64,000 bases of DNA from the human T2T-CHM13v2.0 reference genome, Homo sapiens: the NCBI RefSeq assembly GCF_009914755.1, contig NC_060935.1. One strand, written 5' to 3'. Position 1 is the first letter of the stretch; every line of letters starts with the position of its first letter. Both the position numbers and the translations under genes were made by a program. Shown in pieces: positions 13,749-25,808 of the stretch. The notes under the pieces were generated by a model. The model worked only from the letters and a program-made list of their open reading frames with translations. It was not told where the DNA came from and ran no database searches.

Positions 13749-15669
13749 GAAGAAGACATTAGATAAAGCCAGAGAATTGACAAGGGTTGTTGTTCATCAA
13801 TTATTTACTTTTTATTTTTTAAATCTTCCCTGCCACCTGTTTTTTCTTCTCCTGAATGCATTTACTGTGTTACTTCTGTGATTATTCTTCCTTCTCCCAT
13901 CAGTTAAATTTGGATATTCTTCAGTGTTCTTCCCTCAGTTTCCCTCTTCTTTCCTTTTTTAAATTCTTTCTCACTGGTATTATTCACACATGTGTCCTCT
14001 CTTCTAAGCTCCAAAACAACTGTAGTCTCAAGATGAAGTTACTGATTCCTAGGCACTAACTTGATTACGTCCTTTGGTATCAGGTGGCACTTCAGACGCA
14101 TTACACCTACCATTAAGCTCATCTTGTTTATACATTAGCATATTCCTTCTTATGATCACTCCAACTCTCAGGCTTAAAATGCCAGTGATCACTGCAAATC
14201 TTACTTCCTAATTAGTGTATAATATTGATTCTTTCTTCATGACAACCTTCTCTAATACTGGCTCTAGAAGTGTTCTTTTTTTAAAGAAAAAAAAAGTATA
14301 ACTTTTATGTGGGTATATCCAGAATTTGTATCAGAGGAACTCAAGGGTGGCAATTTTGTAGCAAGAGGGAAAGTTGTAATTTCAAAATATACAACATTTT
14401 TAGTGGAGAAAACATTAGTTGTTTATGTTAAAATTAGAGGAGGTGAATGAATTGTGGGGAAGTGAGTGTTTAAACTTCCACCCCATAAGTCACTCATCTT
14501 GATTCCCATTCCTGCAGTGAGCACCGCACCAGGCCCTTGAGGCCTCATCACTGTATTCTGCAAATGGCCCTCTCTCTAGGGTTGAGAGCCCTTAATGTAG
14601 ATTTCTGGCATCGCATCCCTAGAATATTTTATCTTTATTAAGAGTTTATCACATTACTTAACTGACATTATTCCTTGTTCAAAAAAATGTGTATAATTGC
14701 TCTATTTTACCAATAAAATGGAGATCTTCAGTTATTATTTGAGTGCTTGAAACCCTTACTGAAGTATTGCCTTTATCTTCTCCCCACCAACTACGTATCC
14801 ACACGTGCTACACTTGAGCATAAATAAACTACTGTTCCCCATATATGCTTGTGTCATTTCCTATCATACAATACTGTGCTCTCTTGTTCTATCTGTAGAA
14901 CAGTCTCCCCAACTCAAGAACAACCTCTATGGCAGTAATTCTTTGAATCTTCAAACAGTATAGCAGTTGGTTTGTAGTCTTTGTGACTTTTGTTTCTCTG
15001 TGCTCTGCACTTTGATTATTTAAGTTCATGTATTAGAAATCCTATTTGGCCCTAGGCAACTTAAGGGCAGGTATCTGGATGATTATTTTTAATGTTTCCC
15101 AGAGCATAAATCATTGCCTTGAACATACTAGAGGTTCACTAAAAATTCCTTGAGTAAATCCACAAATAAATACAGATGATGATATTTGTGTTGTCCAGTG
15201 TACTGTTAAATACTTTTAACTTTACATGTTATGTTTTCAGACTGTTGAGTTGTTTTTTAATTAAATTTATCCCTGTTTTCTTAACATTTTTTGTTACCTT
15301 CTACTTCTAGATTTCCCTTTTTCTCAACTGAATTTACCTTTTTCTTCAACTGTCTCAGACAATTTTTCTGATTTTCTAGTGAGCTGGTAATATTGTGCTA
15401 ATAATATGATATCAGTTTTAAAGTGTGGGAAAAAAAGTGCTCTAAGTTTTAGGAAGCATTGCATTGAAAAGCCTCATAACTTTATAAGATCTTTCTTTTT
15501 TGTTTTATTTCTCACTGATTTGCCAAAATATTTTCAAATTTTCTCTCAAACAATTAAGTATCCAAATTTTGATCACGGCAGAACTTCATGTTTTCTAAGA
15601 TATGGTTTATCTGATTAATATATTTTTCAGTAATTAATCAAATAGGATTATAATTGTGGCAAAGTTTAA

Positions 15670-16035
<366 letters not shown>

Positions 16036-16108
16036 TAGTAACCAAATTGTTTTATATATGGCTATTATTAAAGATTAAGATTAATATTACTTTGCAGCTT
16101 GAGATCCT

Positions 16109-16274
16109 GAGTTTTTCTAACATTTTTGAAATTTTGGAATTATCATAATAAAAAGAATTACTTCATACTTTTTGGTGCCTTGTAAGAGTTTTTCTAACAT
16201 TTTTGAAATTTTGGAATTATCATAATAAAAAGAATTACTTCATACTTTTTGGTGCCTTGTAAGAGTTTTTCTAA
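16109..16274. repeat. Perfect 77-bp tandem duplication plus a 12-bp third partial copy
   Basis: Units start at 16109 and 16186 and are identical by eye; gagtttttctaa recurs at 16263. Confidence 0.95.
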
Positions 16275-16429
16275 GAGTCTCCAAAGACACATTAGCTTAA
16301 TCAGTGAAGTAAAATATCAGTAGATTTAATGATAATTTTGTTATTTTGGAATACCATTTGGATAGTAAGAAAATTTTATAAGCTTATGTTTAATATTTAT
16401 TTTTAAATATTTGAATTATTTAATGTAAA

Positions 16430-16690
16430 CACAATAATGCTGAATAATAACATTTCAGTCAAGGATGGGCCTCATACATATAGGAAGGTGGTCCCATAAA
16501 ATTCTAGTGGAGTTGAAAAATTCCCCCCTCCTAGTGACATTTTAGCTATCATAACACTGTTGCACAATGTATTACCTTTTCTACGTTTATGCATATTTAG
16601 ATATATAAATACTTACCATTGTGTTCTAATCCCTGCAGTATTCAGAACAGTAACACACTGTAACAGATTTATAGCCTAGGAGCAATAGGC
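16430..16690 (+). mobile_element. Tigger3-family DNA transposon, truncated
   Basis: 'acatttcagtcaaggatggg...ggtggtcccataa...aaatacttaccattgtgt...tagcctaggagcaataggc'. Confidence 0.8.
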
Positions 16691-17352
16691 ACACCTCCTA
16701 CCACCATGCAGTTTAAAACCAGATAATCAGTATGTTGAGCCCATTGAGCACTTTAGTACTGCATCCTGCATTGGTATGATTATCTTATACTTTGCACATT
16801 TTTATTTTATAATAATTTGTATTCATTCATTCATCTACTTTCCAACCCACTTGTTCCAGGTCAGGATAGTGGGTCGCTGGAGCCTCTCCCAGCAGCTCCC
16901 AAATGCAAAGTGGAAGCCAGCCCTGAACAGGGTGCCATTCCATCTCACACACACCCACACTCAATAGACTGTGATCTTTTAGACAAGCCAATTGTATTAG
17001 GCCATTCTTGCGTTGCTGTCAAGGAATACCTGGAGCTGGGTAATTTATAAAGAGGTTTAATTGGCTTATGGTTCTGCAGGCTATACAGGAAGCATGGCGC
17101 CAGCATCCACCTCTGGTGAGGTCTCAGGAAGCTTTTACTCATTGCAGAAGGTGAAGTGGGGGGCCAGTGAGAGCAGGATCAAGAGAGTGAGGGGGACAGG
17201 TCCCAGACTTGTAAACAATCAGATCGTGCGTGAGCTAACTGAAAGAGAACTCACTTATCAGCATGATTCACTGGGCAGGGATTGATTTGTTTTCTCATCA
17301 ACATTATAATGAAATGGTATTGAATAAAATGATGTAACTCCAGGACCTGCTG
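16691..17352 (-). mobile_element. MER6-family TcMar-Tigger element, interrupted by an MST LTR
   Basis: 'cacctcctaccaccatgcagtt', 'ttcattcattcat...ttccaacccacttgttccag'; terminus 'caggacctgctg' followed by TA at 17353. Confidence 0.78.
16993..17266 (-). mobile_element. MSTA/MSTB LTR fragment (MaLR)
   Basis: 'tgtattaggccattcttgcgttgct...ggttctgcaggctatacaggaagcatggcgccagcatc'; other end missing. Confidence 0.88.
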
Positions 17353-17544
17353 TACTTTAACCAAGAATATAAACATGCATGAACTAGTGTAGTTATTGGT
17401 ATGGAATCAAAGGAATATATATGAGATCTGTTTTGATGGAAGCAACAATCAAGGTGGAGTCTAATATGAATTTGATGTTCTGATACTGGTCCAGCTAAAT
17501 AATGGGGTTACAGTAATTATATTAATAATTTCAAAGGCTCTATA

Positions 17545-17750
17545 AAATGTTTACCATATGCCAGATATAGCTTCCCACTCTTTTACATATATAAATGAAT
17601 ATAATCTTTATAACAGTATCGTGGTGGTAGCATTACTTTTGTCCCTATTTCATAGATGAAGAAAATGGAGGGTTGGAGAAGTTCAGTAAACTGACCATTA
17701 TCACCCAGTAAGTGGTAAAGCTTGATTTTGAGTCCACTGAATCTGGCTGT
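17545..17750 (-). mobile_element. MIR SINE
   Basis: Core 'ccctatttcatagatgaagaaaatggaggg...tcacccagtaagtggtaaagc'. Confidence 0.7.
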
Positions 17751-18557
17751 GGGTTTTTTGTTCTTTCCTTACTGTACTAGGGAAACAGAAGATCAGAGAG
17801 AAATTTAGTCCTGTGAAGAATTTTGAATTGAGGTTATGCCAAGCACATAGATTTAGAATACATTATCTCTAAATCTCACAGCAATTCTCACATTGATTAA
17901 CTCTTATGCTCTTAAAGAACAGAGAGGATACCTGAGTTATCTAAGCAGAAAATAAATGGGAGTCAGAGCTGCAATTCAACCTCAGGTAGCACATGGTTCA
18001 AAAGTCCCTGCTTTCCCTACTTTATCTGGTATAAATTTAAAGAGTCATAATTTTTATATGGTTCTTCCTTGGGCCATTTATTTACTCATAAAATAAAAAT
18101 ATTGGAAGTTGCTTATATACCAGATACAATGTGAGGTACTGAGATTTTTGTGATAAACAGTAATTGAGGACTCTTAGATGACAAACAAGCACAGAAACAA
18201 TTGCAATGTTGCAGGAGGAAGTGGAAGGGACATAATACTCATAGTTCTTTTACAGCATTTACCACCGTCATACATTTAATCCAGGTGGTTGTGCACAATC
18301 ATCTCCCTAGTACTTCTTGATATCCGTTAGGACCCAGAGTATACCTTTGTCTTTTCTAATAATAAATGTGGTACCCTGTACAAAGTAACTACTTCATAAA
18401 TATTAGCAGAAGTGAATTCAATTCATTGCAAACTTTGTATTTCAAAATGTATTACAGTTAGGTCTGTTACCCAAGGCTAAAGAATAACAAGACATTTTTT
18501 AGTTGAAATGAGAAAGTAAATAAATTTTATTTTCCCTAAGACACAGTCTTCTTCCTG

Positions 18558-18730
18558 CAGATTCAATTTCACGGGCATGCAACCTATGTGGCCACAGAGT
18601 CCCATGGTCAGAAGGGCCAAATGCTTAGCCTAATGCTATGCTGTCACTGTCTTGAAATTCTTAATAATTTTTGCACTATTATCCCTAAATTTTATCTTGC
18701 ACTAGGCTCCACAAAATATATGTGGCTAAT
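18558..18730 (+). mobile_element. MER91A-like hAT-Tip100 element
   Basis: 'cacgggcatgcaacctatgtgg...cagaagggcc...gtcttgaaattcttaataattttt'. Confidence 0.75.
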
Positions 18731-19994
18731 GTAAATAGCCTTTTTGGAGGAGAGGTGCTGAGAACAGATGTTAAGGGAATATTAAACCTTGGGTTCAGGT
18801 ACAACTATTTCACCTCTTCTAGCAACCTTCCACAAGAAAACCCTCACACACATATACTTCACATGGAGGTCAGTGTCTTTTTTCTATGTTCTCCTAGTGC
18901 ACTCATCACTCACTTTGCATGCACCAAAGGTTGATGTGTTCTTATCTGTGCCCTGATAGTGCTGATAATGGGGTCTTTTGGCAAGCAATCATTGCAATTA
19001 CAGAGACTGGTAAATATGCTTATATGATTTTGGAGGAATACTGGTAAGGTCGAAGTATATGACCTGTTAAGAATTTTTTCCTTCGGCCTTGAGATCAAGG
19101 CCGTGATCTTTAAGACCAAGTGAAATCTTGGCACATTCCTTACCTGCCAGATGACCAAAAAATTAAAAGTAAAAATAAGGTATAAATCTTGAGAGGGAAA
19201 TTCTGATTTTGTCAGGAGGATGCACCTTGTAGTAACGATTCACCAAAGGCTAATGAAACGTAGAAGGTGTGGGAAAAGCAACAGCAGCAGCAGCCACAGA
19301 AACATGAGAAAAGGTTGCCTCCCAATAAAGAGTGGCAAACGCATATGTTATGTAAGACCTGTACATTATAGCAACTCGGAGCAATCTAGGCACTGAGTAG
19401 CCAAATGCTGAAGACTAGTGGGAAAAAAGAAATCACTGCATGTCAAGGTAGAAGAGGATGAGAAATTAATAGGATGGAGACCTTGAATTTAACCACATAT
19501 CCTTGCAAGATGTTTACTGTCATTTTTAAATTTTTGCTTAAGTAAGGAAATCAATGTTTATCAATTCTCTACTCAATTTTGCTTTCAGAGCTTATTTATG
19601 TTATACACAAAAGAAATATATGATACAGTTATTAGTCTCTTCATTGGGCATCAGTGAAAATAAATCAACACAAAAACACAACTTCTGTAAAATATTTGGT
19701 TGAGAGAATAATTAGTTAATAACCGATTAAAAAAATTGAATTGGACATTAGCCTTAAACTGATAATATTAGTGTATAAATACCAGTTCACATAATATTAG
19801 TAAATTCATGAGAGAACATTGAAGTTATACTGTATTCAACATAGCAGGCCTTTTGTGTCTAATCTTAATTCCAATGACAGCAACATAAAACTAATTGTAA
19901 TTTCTATATCTAGTATACAAATATTTTATAAACAATTATATTTATAGCAGAAAGCATACCAGCTATTATGAGCCACTGTAAAATCTTGTAAATA

Positions 19995-20275
19995 GCATTT
20001 ATATAGTATTTATTATGTCTTGGCAAACACTTTATACAGATAATCATATATAACTATAAGCACTTTATATAGATCAACTATTTTATTCTCATTTAACGCT
20101 TTAATCCTATAAGATAAGCACAATCATTATACTCATTGTTTAGACAAGGACATGGACGAATAGTGTTTTCACGACTTGCCTAGTGTTTCTTAGCAAGTAA
20201 ATGACAGAGTCAAAATTCAGTCTCAGTCCCAGACACCAGGGATCCAGATTTTGTGCTTTTAGCCACTTTACTGTA
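19995..20275 (-). mobile_element. MIR SINE
   Basis: 'gacttgcctag...agcaagtaaatgacagagtc...gtgcttttagccactttactgt'. Confidence 0.65.
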
Positions 20276-21431
20276 TATCGTTGCTGAAGAAAGTCATTTC
20301 GCATTAAACAAGCATTAAATAAGCTACCAGTTAGCAACTTGTGTTACCATGTTATCATTAGAAATACATTGGTAATTTTAAAGTATCTAAGTGTATTTTT
20401 AATTAAAGTTTAGATAGCGAGTAAAACTCTAAACAATACGGGACAAATATCCATACCATAAATATTTCACATGTAACTTTACTTTTTATATTAAATGAGT
20501 GTTAACATTTAAAAATTGTCATCTGGGCTAGCCTTGTCATTTGGCATACTCTGTTTACTTGCAAGGTAGTCTTTATAGGTGCAGGTCTATGATAATTATT
20601 AAATATCAGTTTTTCAATGGTTTTCCTAGCCATTTATTCAGGGAACAGATAGACATTTACTATGGTGAATCTGGAACGTACCTAAGGTAATATACCACTT
20701 TTTAGAAAAATTCTGTTTCTCTTTTTGGAGTCTAATACCTTGGGGTATAATAAGTGCTTAATAAATACTTTTAACCATGATGATTGTTTTTAATAGATAA
20801 ATGTAAAAGTTCATAAGAACCCACTTCCTCAAATATTTTGTTCATTCATATGTCACTAATTCTGAATATTATGTAAAAAGAGACAACGGGGATATTCATT
20901 GACATCAAGAACCACTTATGTTTTTTAATGCGAATTTTTTTCTTTTAAATGGGATGTCTTATTACAAAGTAAGTAGATCAGCAGCCCCTTGAAGTTATTA
21001 TGGGCCTGTTGTGGCTTATAAAACAGAAAGGCAGTAAAAGGCACAGAAGCAGAAATTGGGGATGCAAAAGATTTACTAAATTTTACAGTTTTCTCAGCAT
21101 TAACTCTGTTCATAGCTGTAAGTGACATAATAACTTATTGATTATTAATCAATTTCAGCCAGTGAAATACATTGTGAAGTTTTAAAATTATTTGCTTATC
21201 AGATCATGTGATAAAGACAGCTAAATACAATAACAGAACAAAATCCACAAATCCCTTATACCTGTGCAAGTTGTTGTGAAATGTTTCTGTATTAAGGATC
21301 TTAGTTATAAGGGAAAAGAAAAAGTTATAGCCTGAAAAAAAAAGAAATGTGTCAAAGGACAAAGTACTTCATACTGTCAGGAAGGTAATTTCTGATGTAT
21401 TGTGCTCACCAGAAAAAAAAAAAAAAAAAAC

Positions 21432-21799
<368 letters not shown>

Positions 21800-22011
21800 T
21801 CAAACACAGTGATAAAGATGTGCCATTTGTGTATATCTGCCTTTCTAAACTGAAGAATTTATAGACTGAACAAACAATTCCTACCACTTGCGGTCCTGTT
21901 ACTATAACTTTGGTCATTTTCCCCTTTGCTCTAGGATTAGCAATTACATTGAAATTCCTACATGAAAAACTGGAACAACTGCACACCTTGAATCCAGGTA
22001 GACCTGGATTT

Positions 22012-22530
22012 GATTACTGGGGCTAATCAGGAAAACAGAACAAATGTGAAATAGTTTGGTGGTCTCTGGTGCTAGTTTTGCTTTGGAACCAAATGATAAA
22101 GTTGTTGAAAGGTCTGTAAGGCACAAGGAACCAAGACGAACCCAGAAATTCACAGAGTAGAAAGCTGTTACCTCCCTTAAGACTGGCAAGTCAGAGAGTT
22201 GAGGAGTGTTACAGAGCTCCAGAGTAGAGACCACCACTTGGGAGGAGCTGGAATCATAGTGAGGCTGCTTTGTGAGAGCTGAGCCCACCAAGGGAGAGGT
22301 TGTCTATCAGGAGCTGAAATCACAGAAGAGGCACTTCATCTGCGGGGATGCTGCTTAGAGCAGAGGAAGGGAACTTACTTTGGCTTCTTTTTGTCACCCT
22401 CCAGTTTCCTGCTAGGTGTCTCATTAGCTAAAGGCTGGTTGGCAACAGAACTTGAGCAACCTAGTTTTTATGTGTTGGCCATTTATGATATAGAATAGAG
22501 CAGAGGAATGACAAACAATGGATACGAGGA
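22012..22530 (-). mobile_element. Ancient LTR (LTR78/79-like, tentative)
   Basis: 'ggggctaatcaggaaaacagaac' and 'ccctccagtttcctgctaggtgtctcattagc' resemble old ERV LTRs. Confidence 0.4.
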
Positions 22531-22564
22531 GAAAAAGCCAAAGCAAAATGGAGAAAAACAAAAC

Positions 22565-22730
22565 TAACTCAATGATCTTGGTCAAATAGTTTACATACCT
22601 AAATCTCCATTTCATTTTCTTCAAGATTGGAGGAATGCTATCCAAATTACAGCATTTTTATTAAGATTAAATGAAATCAGATTAATAAAGTATGATATCC
22701 CTGGAATATATTAAGTGGTGTATTAATAAT
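22565..22730 (+). mobile_element. MIR SINE
   Basis: 'tgatcttggtcaaatagtt...ttaagattaaatgaaat'. Confidence 0.55.
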
Positions 22731-23229
22731 GATTTTTCTTCCCCAATTTTGCAAACAGGAGCCAATACATGAGAAAGAAAGAAAATGTGTTTTTTGTTGT
22801 TTAGTTTATTGTTTTACTAATAGTTCCTTAGTGCAGACCTATCATAATTGTATGACTTCTTCAGTATTTTAGGTGCAATTTTTAAAAGTAGTATCAATAT
22901 AACCTTTCTAACAATTTATCTTAGAAAAGTTAATCGGTAGTCCAATCCATCTCAGATTACAATCCATAGCTAATATAAGTATACCTCATTTATTGTATTT
23001 TGCTTTATTGTGCAAAGATATACAGAGTACTTGGGTATTCTGTGTATCTCCTAAATATCTGAGCTTATATATGACAACAGTAGTTACATCATTTTTATGG
23101 AACAAAGACTTACTTAGTTTATCACACTTAAGAGTACATGTTACATTATTTTTGCATTAAAAATTGTCAAAATGTTGATCAATTGCACTTATAAAAAACT
23201 ACCTAAAAACTGGCCAATTTGAAAGAATG

Positions 23230-23620
23230 TATGTAAAAGAAAGCTCAATGAATAAAAATGTACAATATTTGAAAAATTGGAATCAATTTTAATATCCATT
23301 AACTTAGAAACCAACTAAATATGATTTAAGTATAGAATACTATGAAGTCATTAAAATTATGATACTTATGTACATCTACAAATGGTAAAAGTTGTGTATG
23401 TTATATTACTGAATAAAGTAAGCATATTACAAAACATCATGGAGCCATTTTTGTTATAGATGTGTGTTTGTATTCAGGTGCAGAAAATATATACAAAAAT
23501 CTAATGATAATTGTAGCTATATCTGGGTGGTGTTATTATGGTTTATGTTTGTTGTACCCTTTCTGTGTTTCAGTACTTTCTGGTACTTTATAATAATTTT
23601 TTTGAGATTGTTACATTAAC
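23230..23620 (+). mobile_element. L1ME 3' fragment
   Basis: 'atagaatactatgaagtcattaaaa...tatctgggtggtgttattatgg'. Confidence 0.5.
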
Positions 23621-25657
23621 TGTTTAAGAAACTAAATGCCAAAAATGGCAACTTTTACTTTAAGAAATGGGTTCTCCAATTTTCATTGCTTATTTATTTT
23701 ATTATTTCTTGAATTTTAAGATAAATTATTTGTATAGAATTTCTATTCTAGGACATGTAGTACATAGCTGTTAGTTGAATGAGAGAGCACATATAGGAGG
23801 GACCCTAGAAATTTTATTAATTGACTTGTGACTTATAGATGACTAGAAACAACTTTCCTCTAATTTAAACTTACCAAGTTACACATACAGGAGTGAAAAG
23901 CAGGGTTAGTTCTCTTAAAGCATAGTTATTGTTTAATTTAGTTGTAATAGATATTAATTAAATACAGAAATTATTTTTAAACTTTAACAAGGGCATTTCT
24001 CTATGATCTCTGTTGCCAGACACTAGGAAGTAATCTCTGAAGGATAGGAAGCAAAGCATAAATCAAATAAGATAGTCTCTGTTGTACGCTGGACAACACA
24101 ACAGAAGATTGAAAATGTGTTGCTATTGTTTTTCTGTTTTTTTTTTTATTTCTTATTTTGTTTTTTGGTTGTTAATATATGGCTATTCAGTTAATATATG
24201 ACTAACTGTTGTTTTCTTTTGACATTAAATGTGACCCATGTTGGGAAGGCTAAAAACCAGCTAAATTTACAATGCAGAGGGTAAGAAAAGTTAACCAGAG
24301 TCCACAAAGTTGATGAATGTAGGAGCAGAAAGGCAATGTCAAATGAATGCTTTTGTGAAATTAGCAGTGACAAACTTAGGGACAGTTTGTAATAACCACC
24401 CCTGAGTTTATAGCCCTTTACATTTCGTCTGGCATAATATATCATTCTATTTTTATTTTAAATCACCAAATGAGGCGAGTTAGGGAAATGCAGGTCAGGG
24501 CAAGTACAGTTATCTTTATGAGGAACCCCAGGCTCAGAGAATTTAATAACTTGTCTAAATCTCTGACTTTCAAATTAGTGCCCTTTCCCCTGTGCCTCAT
24601 GGCCATACTCGATCACTTCAAATAAGTACTTAAAACTCTGTGAGGCATTTGGAAATAACATATTGATATATAACATATAAGATAATATAATATAGTAGAA
24701 ATATTTCTGAACATTAATGATTTCTACCCAATTAGATACTGTTAGTACACCTATTTATCTTTAAAGAATTGGCTTCAAATCCCTTATCACTACCACCATT
24801 AAGACTGGGTCTTTTGTCACTATCTATCAAATATCCTATGGGCATAAGTAATTTTTGTTCATTAATATCTATCATTCTCACAAAAGTAACCATAATAATT
24901 ATAAAATGCTGTTTTCAATATAATGCATTATTGATTAATCTCATTAATATGTCATTATTGTTAGTAGTACTACCCATGTATAATTTAAATTAATGTGTGT
25001 CTAAAACATTGATTCAGTCTGAGGGAACTTGGATTTCTGATTATAAGCAATTATGAAACCTTAACACCCAGAGTTAAGCCTGTTGAAATATATTTAGAAA
25101 TACTTAAACTCTGAAATAAATGTAATAGCCCCTTGTGGCATAAGAGAAGCAGTTTCTGACCATCTGACCATTTTTAGGTAGAAACAAAATCTCAGTGATT
25201 AAAGTGCTGCTCTATTGAGAAGGATGGAAACGTCTCGTAATATCTTAAAAGATAAGACAGCGCTAACATGTGGCATACAGAAGACAGCCATGTCAGGAAA
25301 AAAGAAAAATTTACACAAGAGGAAGAACAATAGTGACAGTGTTATTAATGGCCACGGAAGGAGTAGCTGTTTGTGTCAAATAGGCATACCCTGAATAGTA
25401 AGGAAGAAAGTCCGGGGTAGGTGGTAAATTACAAGTATTTTTTACCAACCCCGTCTCCTGTGGATACTAAAGAGCCCCCCAGTATTAGCACTTAAAGTTG
25501 TGTGTGATCAAGAGATACAGCAGTCATTAGTGTGAGAAAGGAGATTAATGGTAAGTAAAAGTATATTGTTCTTAATATAATTCATTTATTCATGGTAAGT
25601 AAAAGTACCTTTTCCACCTTTCATTCCATATAGGCCCCACAACCATGCATATTATTA

Positions 25658-25808
25658 TTATTATTAGGTTTCTATCTTTTTTTAAAATTATACTTTAACT
25701 TCTGGGATACATGTGCAGAACATGCAGGTTTGTTACATAGGTATACACGTGCCATGGTGGCTTGCTGTACCCATCAACTTGTCATCGACATTAGGTATTT
25801 CTTCTAAT
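25658..25808 (-). mobile_element. Very short 5'-truncated L1PA7/8 3' end
   Basis: L1PA 3' terminus; perfect 15-bp TSD ccatgcatattatta at 25643-25657 and 25809-25823. Confidence 0.93.

Noticed and set aside
16109-16274. CRISPR-like repeat/spacer pattern (12-bp motif three times)
   Set aside because: The intervening sequences are identical, the DNA is primate and there are no cas genes; it is a simple tandem duplication.
19216-19266. Possible plus-strand exon after 'ttctgattttgtcag'
   Set aside because: Weak donor, a stop in the obvious frame and no partner exons.
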